From: Acidobacteriota bacterium
GTDB lineage: Bacteria; Acidobacteriota; UBA6911; RPQK01; JAJDTT01
Assembly: GCA_965263035.1 (NCBI GenBank)
Contig: OZ253580.1
Location: forward strand, 2,368,001-2,432,000
Length of the DNA stretch: 64,000 nt
Direction of reading: 5' to 3'
Below the pieces are notes generated by a model that worked only from the letters and a program-made list of their open reading frames with translations, did no database searches and was not told the DNA's origin. The translations under genes and the position numbers were made by a program. This document shows, piece by piece, positions 19,805 through 30,307 of this stretch (the stretch's first letter is position 1; every line of letters starts with the position of its first letter).

Positions 19805-21298
19805 CTACTTGAACTGGAACGAGTAGAGCTTGGCGTTCTTGAAGTGGATCCTCAGCTTGACGGGTCTGTCCTTCAGACCACTGAGGTCGCTCTTTCCCTT
19901 CCAGGACGCGACGTGGGCCAGGCCCGTGGTGGTGATGGGGTCCGCGTCGTCGAACCCGTAACCCTCGATTGCGTGGTGGTCGGCCCCGATGATCTCCACC
20001 CGGACCTCGCAGGGGCCGGCTCCCCACTGCCGCAACGCCGACCGGACGTTGAGATGGAGGCGATCCCCGGTGAAGGTGAAGGAGCGGGTCACGACCTCGC
20101 TGAAGGGATAGCGTTGGCGCTCGTGCCCGTGCACCCCGTCCAGGGAGACGAAGCCGTCCGGCGGCGTCACGGCCAGACCCACGGCCCCCAGGGCCTTGTC
20201 CCCCAAGTGGTGCAGACTCTCGGGGGAACGCCAGTTCACTCCGGTGTAGTAGTTGAGCAGACGCCCCTCGTGGACCTTGGGGTCCTGGGCATAGACCACG
20301 GCCGAGTCGAAGCTGCCGTTGGGTCCGGGCGGTATGAAGGGCTCCCGGTAGTCCCGATTGTAGTGGATGCCGTCCCGGCTGAAGACGGCCTGGGGCAGGA
20401 TGCTGGTGTTGGTGGTCCGGAAGTTCCAGAGCATTCCCACGTACATCCCCTCATAGACAGTGAGGGCCATGTGATAGAACTGGAGGTCCGGGTAGTCCTG
20501 CTCGTCCGGGAGGATGATGGTCTCGGGCTGGCTCCAGTGAATCATGTCGGGACTCTCGGCGCGGCCGATGAGCCGCTTTCCCAGGGGACAACGAAGATGA
20601 GCGCAGTTCTCCATGTGCACGGCGTAGGTCTGCCGGATGGGGTCCCAACCCATGAAGCCGGTGGGTCCCCAGCGCCCCACCCGGGGTGCGGTGTCGATGA
20701 TGGGGTTGTTCTCGTAGGGCGTCCACTGGAAGCCATCGGGTGAGTAGTAGAGGTCGAACTGCATTCCCGGTGTCCCGGTGGTCCCCGTGCGCTCGAGCCC
20801 CTTGTAGCGCTTGGCCGGATCCTTCTCGTGCCGGTCCTTGAAGAAATAGGGCCGGAACTGCTCCCGGGGGAGGATGTTGTTCTCACGGGAGCCCTGGAAC
20901 TCCACCTTTCCCAAGTTGGGCTTCTCCCAATGGAAACCGTCCTTGGAAATGGCGATGCAGAGCTTCCCGTCGCCTGCTTCGACGATGAACTCTCCCTGGC
21001 CCTGACTGGCCTTGTAGGAATTCCCGCTGTACCACATCCGGAAGAGGCCCTCTTCCTCTTCGTAGATCACCTTGCTGACCCGGACGTCGTTGCCTTCCCA
21101 GGGCTTCTCGGGACGAATGATGGGATTGTGGTCGACTTTCCGAGCGGGATTCAGGACCTGCCGCGTGGCCAGCATGCTCTCGATCAGATAGTCGTCGATG
21201 AAAAACTGCTTTTGGGACCCGATGTGGATCAGGCCCGCCTGGACCTGGACCGCCAGGAACCATCCGCAGACTGCCGTGGTACCGATTCTGGAGTACAT
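19805..21298 (-). CDS. Secreted beta-propeller glycoside-hydrolase-like (GH32-like) protein
   Basis: QFFIDDYLIE, PEKPWEG, FRMWY, SKDGFHWEKPNLG, SPDGFQW, SRDGIHY, C-terminal DGFVSL..LYSFQF. Confidence 0.65.
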   Translation of the reverse strand: MYSRIGTTAVCGWFLAVQVQAGLIHIGSQKQFFIDDYLIESMLATRQVLNPARKVDHNPIIRPEKPWEGNDVRVSKVIYEEEEGLFRMWYSGNSYKASQGQGEFIVEAGDGKLCIAISKDGFHWEKPNLGKVEFQGSRENNILPREQFRPYFFKDRHEKDPAKRYKGLERTGTTGTPGMQFDLYYSPDGFQWTPYENNPIIDTAPRVGRWGPTGFMGWDPIRQTYAVHMENCAHLRCPLGKRLIGRAESPDMIHWSQPETIILPDEQDYPDLQFYHMALTVYEGMYVGMLWNFRTTNTSILPQAVFSRDGIHYNRDYREPFIPPGPNGSFDSAVVYAQDPKVHEGRLLNYYTGVNWRSPESLHHLGDKALGAVGLAVTPPDGFVSLDGVHGHERQRYPFSEVVTRSFTFTGDRLHLNVRSALRQWGAGPCEVRVEIIGADHHAIEGYGFDDADPITTTGLAHVASWKGKSDLSGLKDRPVKLRIHFKNAKLYSFQFK

Positions 21299-21304
21299 GT
21301 GATC

Positions 21305-22978
21305 TCAATCCCTTCCGCCCGGATAGTCCCAAGCCCCGGGAGCCCAGAACGTGGGGATGTGTTCCTCTTCCTTGGTGATGGTCTCGATCAGCGCCGGTCT
21401 TCCCTGACGGGTCACCTCCAGGGCCTTCCGGATGGCGGGAGCCAGACCGTCGGGCGTGTCCACCCGCTCGGCGTGGGCCCCCAGCCCGCGGGCGACCCGG
21501 GCGTACTCGCCGGTGAACGCGTTGCTGCCCCAATGCTTGGTGGCATAGGGCATGTGACTGGAATAGTGGGTCATCACGCCGTTGTTCAGGACGATGTGGA
21601 GGGTCCCGATCCGGTTTCGGGCCGCCGTCTCCAGGTCCATGCCCGCCATCCCGAAGGCGGCGTCCCCCATGATGTGGATCACGTCCTTCTCGGGAGCCGC
21701 CATCTTGGCTCCCAGGGCCAGGCCCAGGCCATAGCCCAGCTGGGTGGACTTGCCCCATCCGATATAGCCGCGCGGGGTGACCGCGGGCCAGAAGGGCACC
21801 AGCTGGTCCCGGGGAAAGCCGGAATCGTGGGTCGCGATGGTGTTGGCCGGATCCACGGCCCGGATCACCTCCCGGAAGACGCGGTAGGGACTGATGGGGA
21901 CCTCGTCCGATTCGAAATGGGGGCGCCACTCGGCCACGAAGTCCGCCCTGACCCGGGCGATCTCCGCCGCGACGCCCTGCTCGTCCGCCCGTCCGCCGCG
22001 TCCGATCTGGCGCCGGACCTCCTGAATGATCTGCCGTAGCACCACCTTGGCGTCGCCGATGGCGCCGTAGTCGACACGATGATCCTTGTTCAGGTCTTCG
22101 GGGCAGTTGGTCAGCTGGGCCAGCGGGACGCCCACGGGAACCGGGCCGTTGAAGACCGAATGGGTGAAGCTGGTGCCGGCGCCCAGGATGAAGTCGGTCT
22201 TCCGGAGAAAGTGGTCGACCATCCGCGTGCTGGTGTGACCCGCCGTTCCCAGGGCCAGGGGATGGTTCTCGGGAAAGGCGCTCTTCCCGGCCAGAGAAGT
22301 GAGCACCGGAATGTGGATCAGCTCCGCCAGCTCCACCAGCTCGGGCGTGGCTTCGGCGTAGAGAGAGCCTTGCCCGGCGTTGACGACGGGACAGTCGGCG
22401 GCCAACATGGCCCGGACCAGATCCCGGACCTCATCCGGGTCTGCCGCCGCGCGGTGCTTCCGAACGGGCGTGTAGTTCAGCTCTCCCGGGTACTCCTCGG
22501 TCCCCACGTCGTCGGGAATCTCCAACAGGACGGGACCGGGACGGCCATGCTTGAGCAGGCTGAAGGCGTAACCCAACATCTCGGGGATCCGCTCGACCAT
22601 ATTGCAGTTACGAGTGTACTTGGTGACCCCGTGATACTGATCGCAGGAGGCGAAGTCGGGGTGGACCTGCATCCGCCTCCGGGGAGCCCCTCCCGGAAAG
22701 AGGAGGATGGGAACCGAATCGGCGAAGGCCTGGGCGACGCCGCCATAGGCGTTCTCGGCTCCGGGACCCCTCTGCATGGTGAACACGCCGATCTGGTTCC
22801 CGTTGCGGACACGGCTGAAACCGTCGGCCATGTTGACACCGGCTCGTTCCTGCCGGGAGAGGATGGGGCGGATGCCCTCCTTGGCCACGGCGTCGATGAG
22901 CTTCTGTTCGGGGAAGGCGGCGATCCATTCCACCCCTTCCAGCTTCAAGATCCGCGCGATCACGGAGTTACCGTTCAT
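21305..22978 (-). CDS. Thiamine-pyrophosphate-requiring enzyme (acetolactate-synthase-like)
   Basis: RQERAGVNMADGFSR, GPGAEN, GRPGPVLLEIP, GDAAFGM...LNN TPP-binding motif. Confidence 0.85.
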   Translation of the reverse strand: MNGNSVIARILKLEGVEWIAAFPEQKLIDAVAKEGIRPILSRQERAGVNMADGFSRVRNGNQIGVFTMQRGPGAENAYGGVAQAFADSVPILLFPGGAPRRRMQVHPDFASCDQYHGVTKYTRNCNMVERIPEMLGYAFSLLKHGRPGPVLLEIPDDVGTEEYPGELNYTPVRKHRAAADPDEVRDLVRAMLAADCPVVNAGQGSLYAEATPELVELAELIHIPVLTSLAGKSAFPENHPLALGTAGHTSTRMVDHFLRKTDFILGAGTSFTHSVFNGPVPVGVPLAQLTNCPEDLNKDHRVDYGAIGDAKVVLRQIIQEVRRQIGRGGRADEQGVAAEIARVRADFVAEWRPHFESDEVPISPYRVFREVIRAVDPANTIATHDSGFPRDQLVPFWPAVTPRGYIGWGKSTQLGYGLGLALGAKMAAPEKDVIHIMGDAAFGMAGMDLETAARNRIGTLHIVLNNGVMTHYSSHMPYATKHWGSNAFTGEYARVARGLGAHAERVDTPDGLAPAIRKALEVTRQGRPALIETITKEEEHIPTFWAPGAWDYPGGRD

Positions 22979-23843
22979 TGACTGTCTCCTTCTCTGCTTG
23001 TGATGCCTGCCGCAGAAGCCACTGAGAGGCCCGACGGTAGGCCCCTTCCGGGACCCGGTGGCCATCCGCGAACTCCACACGGAATTCAAGTCGGGAGCCG
23101 GTTTTCCGGGAGACCGCAGCCCGAGACACGGCCAGCGCCAACTCTATCGCCCGCTGGGTGCTCACCCGCTCGTCCCGGTCACCGATGATGATCCAGAGAT
23201 CCCGGGCCGCCAACGCTTCGGCTTTTTCCACCAAGGCGAGAGACCGGGTCAAGGGATCTCCCTCCAGACCCTGAAACTCGCGCAGTGCCGCGAGATCGGT
23301 GACGGGAGCCAGGGCGGCCGCCGAACCGACCCTTGAATCGGCTGCGGCCAGATGCAGTGCCGCGAATCCCCCGCGGGAGGTGCCCGACGCCAGGACCCGC
23401 CGGGGGTCGGCCAGCCCTTCTTCGACAAGCGCATCCAGCACCTCGCGCGCCCGGTTGGTGAAGTCGGCCATGGGATCGTCGCCCTGCCGAACACGATGAC
23501 TCCAACCCTTGAGTCCCGCCGGCTCCCCGGGCCGGACGTCTCGACCGTGGGTGGGCAGGTCGAGGGAAACACATAGGAATCCGTGCTCCCTCAACAGCGA
23601 GCAACAGCGGCTGTAGATGGGATGGGTCAGACTGTCTTGCAGTGTACCGGCAAAGACGAAGAGTGTCGGGGAAGGACCACCGGGACCGCCTCCCAGATGG
23701 CCGTAACGGACGCCCCCGCCGGTTTCGGCCAGAATGGGTGCTTCGGAGGTTGTTGACGGGCGTTGATTCAGAGACCCCTGGGAGCCGAGCATGAGAGTCG
23801 TGAAAGAAATCGAAGTGATCAGCAGCGCGGCCCCAACCCGCAT
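22968..23843 (-). CDS. Alpha/beta hydrolase (peptidase S9/dienelactone-hydrolase-like), secreted
   Basis: GTSRGG nucleophile elbow, D in GDRDERV, H in DGH; signal peptide from MRVGAALL. Confidence 0.7.
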   Translation of the reverse strand: MRVGAALLITSISFTTLMLGSQGSLNQRPSTTSEAPILAETGGGVRYGHLGGGPGGPSPTLFVFAGTLQDSLTHPIYSRCCSLLREHGFLCVSLDLPTHGRDVRPGEPAGLKGWSHRVRQGDDPMADFTNRAREVLDALVEEGLADPRRVLASGTSRGGFAALHLAAADSRVGSAAALAPVTDLAALREFQGLEGDPLTRSLALVEKAEALAARDLWIIIGDRDERVSTQRAIELALAVSRAAVSRKTGSRLEFRVEFADGHRVPEGAYRRASQWLLRQASQAEKETVNER

Positions 23844-24159
23844 GAAGTGTCCCCAGTGGCCAAGGATGGACGCTTCAGGATGAAAACGCGCCACTCCGGC
23901 GCCGCACCCATCGGGGTCATTATCGGAGGGTCCGCCGGGGGGGTCAACCGTTGGGAGGAGGACGTGACCTGTTCTCCAAGGTGTCCGGGCAGAGGGGAGC
24001 AGAAGGGGTTGGCGCAAGAATGCGGTCAACGGAGTCCAATTCCGGTGGAAGGGACGGATAAGAGCAGCCAGATCCACCGGAGGGGGACTGTCGAGCCTCC
24101 CGCCTTCTCAAGATTCGGGGGTTGAAAACCCCCGTTCCCATGAAACGGCTAAATTCTCT

Positions 24160-24264
24160 TCACGCGGCAAATAGCTTCACATGAATCATAGCTGTCGCGG
24201 CTGCGATTACCATGCCTGCTGCGAGGGCCCCAAGAACCGCAGACTTCGCGGGCAGTTGCTGCAT
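24160..24264 (-). CDS. Possible 34-aa single-TM small protein
   Basis: GGAG RBS 6 nt before ATG; MQQLPAKSAVLGALAAGMVIAAATAMIHVKLFAA*; too short for the ORF track. Confidence 0.3.
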   Translation of the reverse strand: MQQLPAKSAVLGALAAGMVIAAATAMIHVKLFAA

Positions 24265-24296
24265 CGCCGTCTCCGGGACAGCAGGGACGCACCGGA

Positions 24297-24590
24297 TCAA
24301 TCAGCTTTGATGCCCATGCCCGTGAAAGTGCAATGGATCATGGAGCCGACATCCCCGGTGGGATCATCGATGAGAACGACCTTGTATGAACGCTCGTCCC
24401 AAGCACAATACATGGATGCCGGGAGCCCGTCCAATCGATTCCAGGACCGAAAGAAACCAATGGTCACCTTCCAGACACTCTTCTCGTTGTCGAACACCAC
24501 CTCTTCGACACCCACGTGGCTGATATCTTCCCCGGCAAAGAACTCAGCAACGCAGTGCCGTGCCTTTTCCACCGCTTCTCTAACGTGCAT
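24297..24590 (-). CDS. Hypothetical small protein
   Basis: GAGGAGG RBS; VGVEEVVFD..WKVTIGF.RSW..RSYKVVLID pattern; lower GC than flanks. Confidence 0.6.
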   Translation of the reverse strand: MHVREAVEKARHCVAEFFAGEDISHVGVEEVVFDNEKSVWKVTIGFFRSWNRLDGLPASMYCAWDERSYKVVLIDDPTGDVGSMIHCTFTGMGIKAD

Positions 24591-24741
24591 TCGGACCTCC
24601 TCTTCCATGACGCTCACACTGTCCGCTCCGGCTCCGATGAGACCTGCCCTTACTTCAACGCCGCCAATTTGAAAACTGCTAGCCTGAAATTCTCACCTGT
24701 GGCCCATCTCCGAGGCGGCGTAGTAGACTGGTTGCCGGGAA

Positions 24742-27240
24742 ATGCGGTCCATAGATGCCCTGAATTCCATTTATCCCCCGGAGCGGGTCCTTTCGGGACC
24801 GGCCCAGCTGGCTCCCTATGAATCGGACGCGCTGACGGCGTTTCGGGAGCGGCCACTGGCGGTGGTCCTGGCCGAGTCCCAGGACGAGGTGATCGAGACG
24901 GTTCGCCTCTGCCACCGGGAGAACCTGCCCTTCGTGGCGCGAGGGAGCGGCACCAGCCTCTCCGGAGGATCGCTCCCGATCCGGGAGGGCATCATCATCG
25001 GGCTCAACCGCCTCAACCGGGTCCTGGAGTTGGACCCGGCCGAGCGGTGCGCCGTGGTGGAGCCGGGGGTCATCAACCTGGACCTGACCGCGTTGGGCGC
25101 TCCCCACGGGCTCTACTACGCTCCCGATCCGTCGAGCCAGTCCATCTGCACCATCGGCGGGAACGTGGCCTTCAACTCCGGAGGCGCCCACTGCCTGCGC
25201 CACGGCATGACCAGCAACCATGTCCTGGGTCTGAAGGCGGTGCTGCCCGACGGCGCGGTGGTGGAGCTGGGGAGCAAGAGCCTGGAGGGGGTGGGACCGG
25301 ACCTCACCGGGTTCTTCGTGGGTTCGGAGGGGCTCTTCGGCATCGCTCTGGAGATCACGGTTCGTCTCATCCCGAAGCCGGAGTCGTACAAGACGATTCT
25401 GGCAGCCTACCGGAGCCTGGAGGCCGCCGGGGACGCCGTCACCCAGGTCGTGGCCACGGGACTCCTCCCGGGCGCCATGGAGATCATGGACCATCTGGCC
25501 ATCAAGGCGGCCGAAGCCGCAGTCCACGCGGGCTACCCGCAAACGGCCACAGCCCTTCTCATCGTGGAACTGGAAGGGGAAGCCGCCGAGGTGGAGGCCG
25601 AGTTCCAACTCTTGGAGCCGGTGATCCGGGCTTCGGGCGCCTTCGAGATCCGCGTCGCCCGCGACGAGGGAGAGCGACTCCGGATCTGGAAGGGACGCAA
25701 GAGCGCGTTCTCGGCGGTGGGAAGGCTCAGTCCCGACTTCATCGTCCAGGACGGGGTGGTTCCCCGCAAGCAACTGGGTTCGGCGCTGGCCGAGATCCAG
25801 GCGCTGGCGCGGAAGCATGGGATCCGGGTGGCCAATGTCTTTCACGCCGGAGACGGAAATCTCCATCCCCTGATCCTGTTCGACGGCACCGAGGCGGGCG
25901 CCCTGGAGAAGGCGGAGGAATTGGCCGGAGATATCCTGCAGATGTGCATCCGCAGGGGGGGCTCCATCACCGGAGAGCACGGCGTGGGCATGGAGAAGCG
26001 CGAGTACCTGGCCCGCATGTTCGCGCCCACCGACATGGAGGTCATGAAGCGGCTGCGGCGATCCATCGACCCGCTGGAGATCGCCAATCGGCGCAAGATG
26101 TTCCCTGACGAGAACGGGCACGGGCGTGTCCCGCCCCCGGAGATCATCCGTTCGGGCAACGGCGCGCGGACGACCCTGAGACCCGGGTCGTTCCAGGAAG
26201 TGCAGCAGGCGGTCGCGAATCACGCTCACATCCGCCCGCGCGGCGGCGGTACCAAGCCGGCTCTTTCCCAGCCGCCCGAGGGGGTGGCCTCTCTGGACCT
26301 GAGAGGCTTGTCCGGCATCGTGGAGTACGAGCCGGAAGAGTACACCTTCACGGCTCTGGCGGGCACGCCAGTGGCCGATGTCCAGGAGAGATTGGCGCGC
26401 GAGGGGCAGTACCTGCCCTTCGATCCGGTGTTGGTCCAGGCAGGAGCCACCCTCGGAGGGACGGTGGCGGCCGGGACCGGCGGTTCGGGACGGTATCGCT
26501 ACGGCGGCATCCGCGACTTTCTCCTGGGAATCCGCTTCGTCAGCGGCCGAGCCGAGCTGGTGCGAGGCGGCAGCCGCGTGGTCAAGAACGCGGCCGGCTT
26601 CGATATTCCCAAGCTCATGGTCGGCAGCCTGGGAAGGTTGGGAGTCCTGGTGGAAATGACTTTCAAGGTCTTCCCCCTTGCCCAACGCTGGCTGACCCTG
26701 GAAGCGCCGCTGCCGGACCTCTACCAAGCTCTGGAGACCATCCACCGTCTGCGAGCCGCTCCCCTGGACCTTGCGGCCGTGGACCTGGAGCCTCCGGGGC
26801 GACTTCTGGTTCGGGTCGGAGGTCGAATCGAGTCGGTCGGTGCTCGCCTGGACCGGGTTCGGGAGTTGGTGGGGCAGGGCGTGGTACTGCAGGGGCAGGA
26901 GGAGCAGGACCACTGGGATGCGGTCCGGGAATTTGAATGGGTCCCGGCCGATTGGAGCCTGATGAAAGTCCCCATGACCACGAGCCACATCGCCGATTTG
27001 GAAGAGATTCTGAGCTCCATCCCGTCCCGCACGCGCTACTGTGCCGGCGGGAGTTTGGCTTGGCTGGCCTGGTCCGGGCCATTGGATCCGGTGGACTTGG
27101 CATTGGCCCGTTTAAACCTCACCGGTCTCGTGGTCCGGGGAAACGGAAACGTGGCACACCCGGGCCGAACACAGGACCAGATCTTCTCCAAGAGAATCCA
27201 GAACGCCCTGGATCCGGAAGGGCGTTTCTCGGAGGAATAG
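24742..27240 (+). CDS. glcD: Glycolate oxidase GlcD-GlcE fusion (two FAD-linked oxidase domains)
   Basis: [34 protein letters not shown] (GlcD), then [29 protein letters not shown] (GlcE) in one ORF. Confidence 0.85.
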   Translation: MRSIDALNSIYPPERVLSGPAQLAPYESDALTAFRERPLAVVLAESQDEVIETVRLCHRENLPFVARGSGTSLSGGSLPIREGIIIGLNRLNRVLELDPAERCAVVEPGVINLDLTALGAPHGLYYAPDPSSQSICTIGGNVAFNSGGAHCLRHGMTSNHVLGLKAVLPDGAVVELGSKSLEGVGPDLTGFFVGSEGLFGIALEITVRLIPKPESYKTILAAYRSLEAAGDAVTQVVATGLLPGAMEIMDHLAIKAAEAAVHAGYPQTATALLIVELEGEAAEVEAEFQLLEPVIRASGAFEIRVARDEGERLRIWKGRKSAFSAVGRLSPDFIVQDGVVPRKQLGSALAEIQALARKHGIRVANVFHAGDGNLHPLILFDGTEAGALEKAEELAGDILQMCIRRGGSITGEHGVGMEKREYLARMFAPTDMEVMKRLRRSIDPLEIANRRKMFPDENGHGRVPPPEIIRSGNGARTTLRPGSFQEVQQAVANHAHIRPRGGGTKPALSQPPEGVASLDLRGLSGIVEYEPEEYTFTALAGTPVADVQERLAREGQYLPFDPVLVQAGATLGGTVAAGTGGSGRYRYGGIRDFLLGIRFVSGRAELVRGGSRVVKNAAGFDIPKLMVGSLGRLGVLVEMTFKVFPLAQRWLTLEAPLPDLYQALETIHRLRAAPLDLAAVDLEPPGRLLVRVGGRIESVGARLDRVRELVGQGVVLQGQEEQDHWDAVREFEWVPADWSLMKVPMTTSHIADLEEILSSIPSRTRYCAGGSLAWLAWSGPLDPVDLALARLNLTGLVVRGNGNVAHPGRTQDQIFSKRIQNALDPEGRFSEE

Positions 27241-28502
27241 TGCAACACAGCATCGACGTCGAACGATACGGGCCACAGGGCGAAGCCATGGCCCACCAGG
27301 TGAAGACGTGCGTGCACTGCGGCTTCTGCCTGCCCGTCTGTCCGACATACAAGGACCTGGGGCAGGAGATGGACTCTCCCCGCGGCCGCATCCTGCTCAT
27401 GAAGGAGATGCTGGAGGGGAGCCTCGAAATCGAGGAAGGCCTCCCCTACGTCGACAAGTGCCTGGGCTGCATGGCCTGCGTCACGGCCTGCCCCTCGGGG
27501 GTCGAATACGGGGAATTGCTCACTCCCTTCCGGTCGTTGGCCCGCGACCGGGTCAAGGGGACGCTACTGGATCGTCTTACTCGTCTCAGTTTTCGACTGC
27601 TGCTGCCCTTCCCTCGACGGTTCCGAGCTGCCGCATATCTGGGCCGTCTGGCTCGCCCGTTCGCCGGGATGCTTCCGGACCGGATGGCCTCCATGTTGGA
27701 GTTGCTGCCCCGGACCCTGCCAGCTTCCCCTCCGCTTCCGTCCGTCTACCCGGCCCAAGGGAGGCGCCGGGCTCGCGTCGCCTTGTTGTCGGGTTGCGTG
27801 CAACAGGTGCTGTCGCCGGCGATCAACTGGGCCACGCTAAGGGTTCTGGCTCGAAACGGTGTGGAGGTGACGGTACCCGCCCAACAGGGATGCTGCGGAG
27901 CCTTGGCACTGCACAACGGCGACGACGACCAGGCCAGACGCCTGGCGGCCCGCAATTTCGACGCCTTACCTGATGATGTGGACGCCATCATCACCAACGC
28001 CGCCGGTTGCGGTTCCGGGATCAAGGAGTACCCGCTTCTGTTCCGGGGCAATAGCCTGGAAGAAGAGGCCCGGCGCTTTGCGGCTCGCGTCCAGGACGTC
28101 AGCGTATTCCTCTACGAGCTCGGCTTGGAATGCGATCCTCCGCCCCTGCCGTCCGCGATGAAGGTCGCCTACCACGACGCCTGCCACCTGGCGCACGCCC
28201 AGGGCATCCGGACGGCTCCCCGGAAACTGCTGGAAAGGATTCCGAACCTGAACCTGATGGAGCTTATGGACGGAGAGACCTGCTGCGGCTCGGCTGGCAC
28301 CTATAATCTGCAACAGCCGGAGATCGCAAACCGTCTGGGGGCGAACAAGGCGGCAGTCGTCGAGCGGTTGAAGCCGGACGCCGTGGCCGCCGGCAACGTC
28401 GGTTGTCTGATGCAGATCGAGAGCCACCTGAGACGGCGGAACAGTAAGCTACCTGTGCTGCATACGGTCGAACTGCTGGATCGAGCTTACGAGTCGGTCT
28501 GA
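27240..28502 (+). CDS. glcF: Glycolate oxidase iron-sulfur subunit
   Basis: CVHCGFCLPVCP, SPRGRI, CLGCMACVTACPSGV, CCG domains, YHDACHLAH; GTG start overlaps the glcDE stop. Confidence 0.9.
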   Translation: MQHSIDVERYGPQGEAMAHQVKTCVHCGFCLPVCPTYKDLGQEMDSPRGRILLMKEMLEGSLEIEEGLPYVDKCLGCMACVTACPSGVEYGELLTPFRSLARDRVKGTLLDRLTRLSFRLLLPFPRRFRAAAYLGRLARPFAGMLPDRMASMLELLPRTLPASPPLPSVYPAQGRRRARVALLSGCVQQVLSPAINWATLRVLARNGVEVTVPAQQGCCGALALHNGDDDQARRLAARNFDALPDDVDAIITNAAGCGSGIKEYPLLFRGNSLEEEARRFAARVQDVSVFLYELGLECDPPPLPSAMKVAYHDACHLAHAQGIRTAPRKLLERIPNLNLMELMDGETCCGSAGTYNLQQPEIANRLGANKAAVVERLKPDAVAAGNVGCLMQIESHLRRRNSKLPVLHTVELLDRAYESV

Positions 28503-28568
28503 CTCAACGGCCGCATCGGACCCTGATACGGCCAGAGTGGCTGATTGTCGGAGGGAAAGGAATAAATG

Positions 28569-28823
28569 TCACGCTACGGTGCCGCGTCCGGTCCCGACGA
28601 AGAACTCCCGCAGCACGTCGAGAGTCCCCTCGATCCGGCCCATGCGGTCCCGAAGGTCGCTGTTCTGCGACTCCAAGCCGTCGATTCTCGCGGCCAAGCG
28701 AGACTCCATCCGATCCATCCGGGACTCGACCTCCGCGCGCGGGTTTCGAATCGTGCGGGCCGTGAAAAGGAACCCCAAGATGACGATGGCAGGGGTGAAC
28801 CACTGGGTAAGTTCACTCAGCAT
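28569..28823 (-). CDS. Small TM + coiled-coil protein
   Basis: RBS GAGGA; MLSELTQWFTPAIVILGFLF...RMDRMESRL..LRDRMGRIEGTLDVL. Confidence 0.65.
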   Translation of the reverse strand: MLSELTQWFTPAIVILGFLFTARTIRNPRAEVESRMDRMESRLAARIDGLESQNSDLRDRMGRIEGTLDVLREFFVGTGRGTVA

Positions 28824-28873
28824 AGGTTCCTCGTTCTGCAAAGCATATGGGGCTTATAGACATTACTTGACGA

Positions 28874-29605
28874 CTACCGTTCCGGTGCCACGCTCGGCCT
28901 ATCGGCCCACGTTTCGGCACCCAGGGCAACAACCCCGGCCCTGAGAATGTTCAGGGCCGCGTTCTCGTCCCTGTCCATCCTGAGTCCGCAGGCTGCGCAA
29001 GCGTACCGTTCGCTTCGCCCGGGCGGGTTCCTGGCCCCACACCGGTGGCAGTCCTGCGACGTGTATTTCGGGTCCACTTCTACGAACTCCCGCCCGGCCC
29101 ACTCTGCCTTGTACTGGAGTTGATTGCGCAAAAGCCCCCAGGATTGGGTGAGGATCTCCCGATTCAGGCCCTTCTTCTTGAGGCCCTTGGTGGTCATCCC
29201 CCTGACGTTCAGTTTCTCGACGGCGATGAGTCCGTGAGAACGGACTATCCGAGACGTGGCCCGGTGGCACACATTCCGGTTCCTGACCCGCTCGCGGTAG
29301 CGTAGCCGGGCCAGTTGCCGGACCCGCTTCTTTCGGCGGTTCGATCCCCGCTTGCACCGGGCCACCCTTCACTGCTGACGCTTGATCTCCGGCCAGTCGC
29401 GGCGGTTCCGTTCGATTCGTTCCCCGGTGGACAAGACGGCCCGTTTGCGGACTCCAAGGTCGATCCCCACCGCAGAGTCACAACGGGGCAACGGTTCCTT
29501 CTCGACCTCGTAGACCAGATCCACGCAGACCCGGTTGGGCTTGCGGACGATCCGCAGGGCCTTCAACGGGCAGCCGGCCGGCAATGGACGGGACGGAAAC
29601 GCCAG
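28874..29605 (-). pseudogene. tnpB: IS200/IS605 TnpB remnant, 5'-truncated with an internal stop
   Basis: RuvC motifs GIDLG, IAVEKL, DRDENAALNI; Zn finger TSQDCHRC..CAAC; in-frame TGA at 29366-29368; N-terminal region missing. Confidence 0.9.
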
Positions 29606-29616
29606 AACAACGAATG

Positions 29617-29636
29617 GGGGACAGTCACTTTCTTCC
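29617..29636 (+). repeat. 20-bp island site 1 (GGGGACAGTCACTTTCTTCC)
   Basis: Identical to 30239-30258; 17/20 match to 32084-32103. Confidence 0.85.
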
Positions 29637-29695
29637 GTCGTCTCGCTCCAAACGAGTCCGTATTAAGGAAAAGACAAGGGAGTCGAGCTAACTGG

Positions 29696-29902
29696 TTACA
29701 CGCTCGCTTTGGGTTGGTGCACGAAGGCGAAATCCCGGATGTTGGCACGCTCCACAGCATGCTCAATTGTCATCGCGACCAAGTTTTCATTCTCGTCCAG
29801 ATCCAAGTAGATGTTCTCAGACACCTCTCGCGTCTCGACGATCCGCTCCGACGTAAACTCAATAAGAGCAGTGTCGGTATCTTCAAAGTAATTGATCTTC
29901 AT
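29696..29902 (-). CDS. DUF2283-type small protein (putative antitoxin)
   Basis: MKINYFEDTDTALIEF..VETREVSENIYLDLD..NLVAMTIEHA. Confidence 0.8.
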   Translation of the reverse strand: MKINYFEDTDTALIEFTSERIVETREVSENIYLDLDENENLVAMTIEHAVERANIRDFAFVHQPKASV

Positions 29903-30000
29903 TCCCTTGGATCGCGGATGGCAGCGAGAATCCTTTCATCCCGAATCTCTCGTCGATCCAGTCGCCTTCGACTGTGGTCGAAGTAGCGAGTGGTTCTCAT
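29899..30000 (-). pseudogene. Internally deleted toxin-like partner of DUF2283
   Basis: MRTTRYFDHSRRRLDRREIRDERILAAIRDPRE* (33 aa) with ATGA overlap onto the DUF2283 start; resembles from memory the N-terminus of longer partner toxins. Confidence 0.55.
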
Positions 30001-30238
30001 TAGGACCTACATTCCAAACCAACCAACCGCGCTGATTCCGTAATTTGCAGAGAAGCCTATAAGGCACCAAATTCGAGACACGTTTCATTTCCTCGCACGC
30101 CCGCTCCCCATACCCCCAGCTGAACTGCCCTCGCCTCCCCCGCCTCGTAAGATACCGGTCGCCGCATCCACGTACGGATTGTACCCCACCGAGAACACAC
30201 TCGTTCTCGGTGCCGCCTCCGCTCGTTGTCAATGAAAA

Positions 30239-30258
30239 GGGGACAGTCACTTTCTTCC
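30239..30258 (+). repeat. 20-bp island site 2
   Basis: Perfect direct repeat of 29617-29636. Confidence 0.85.
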
Positions 30259-30307
30259 TCTTGGTATCATCCAAAGGCGCTAACCCAACACGCAGAGGAG
30301 TAATGTC

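Noticed and set aside
29366-29368. Selenocysteine or readthrough at the in-frame TGA in tnpB
   Set aside because: The position lies in an Arg/Gln-rich helix (likely CGA to TGA), not a Cys site, and the gene is also 5'-truncated.
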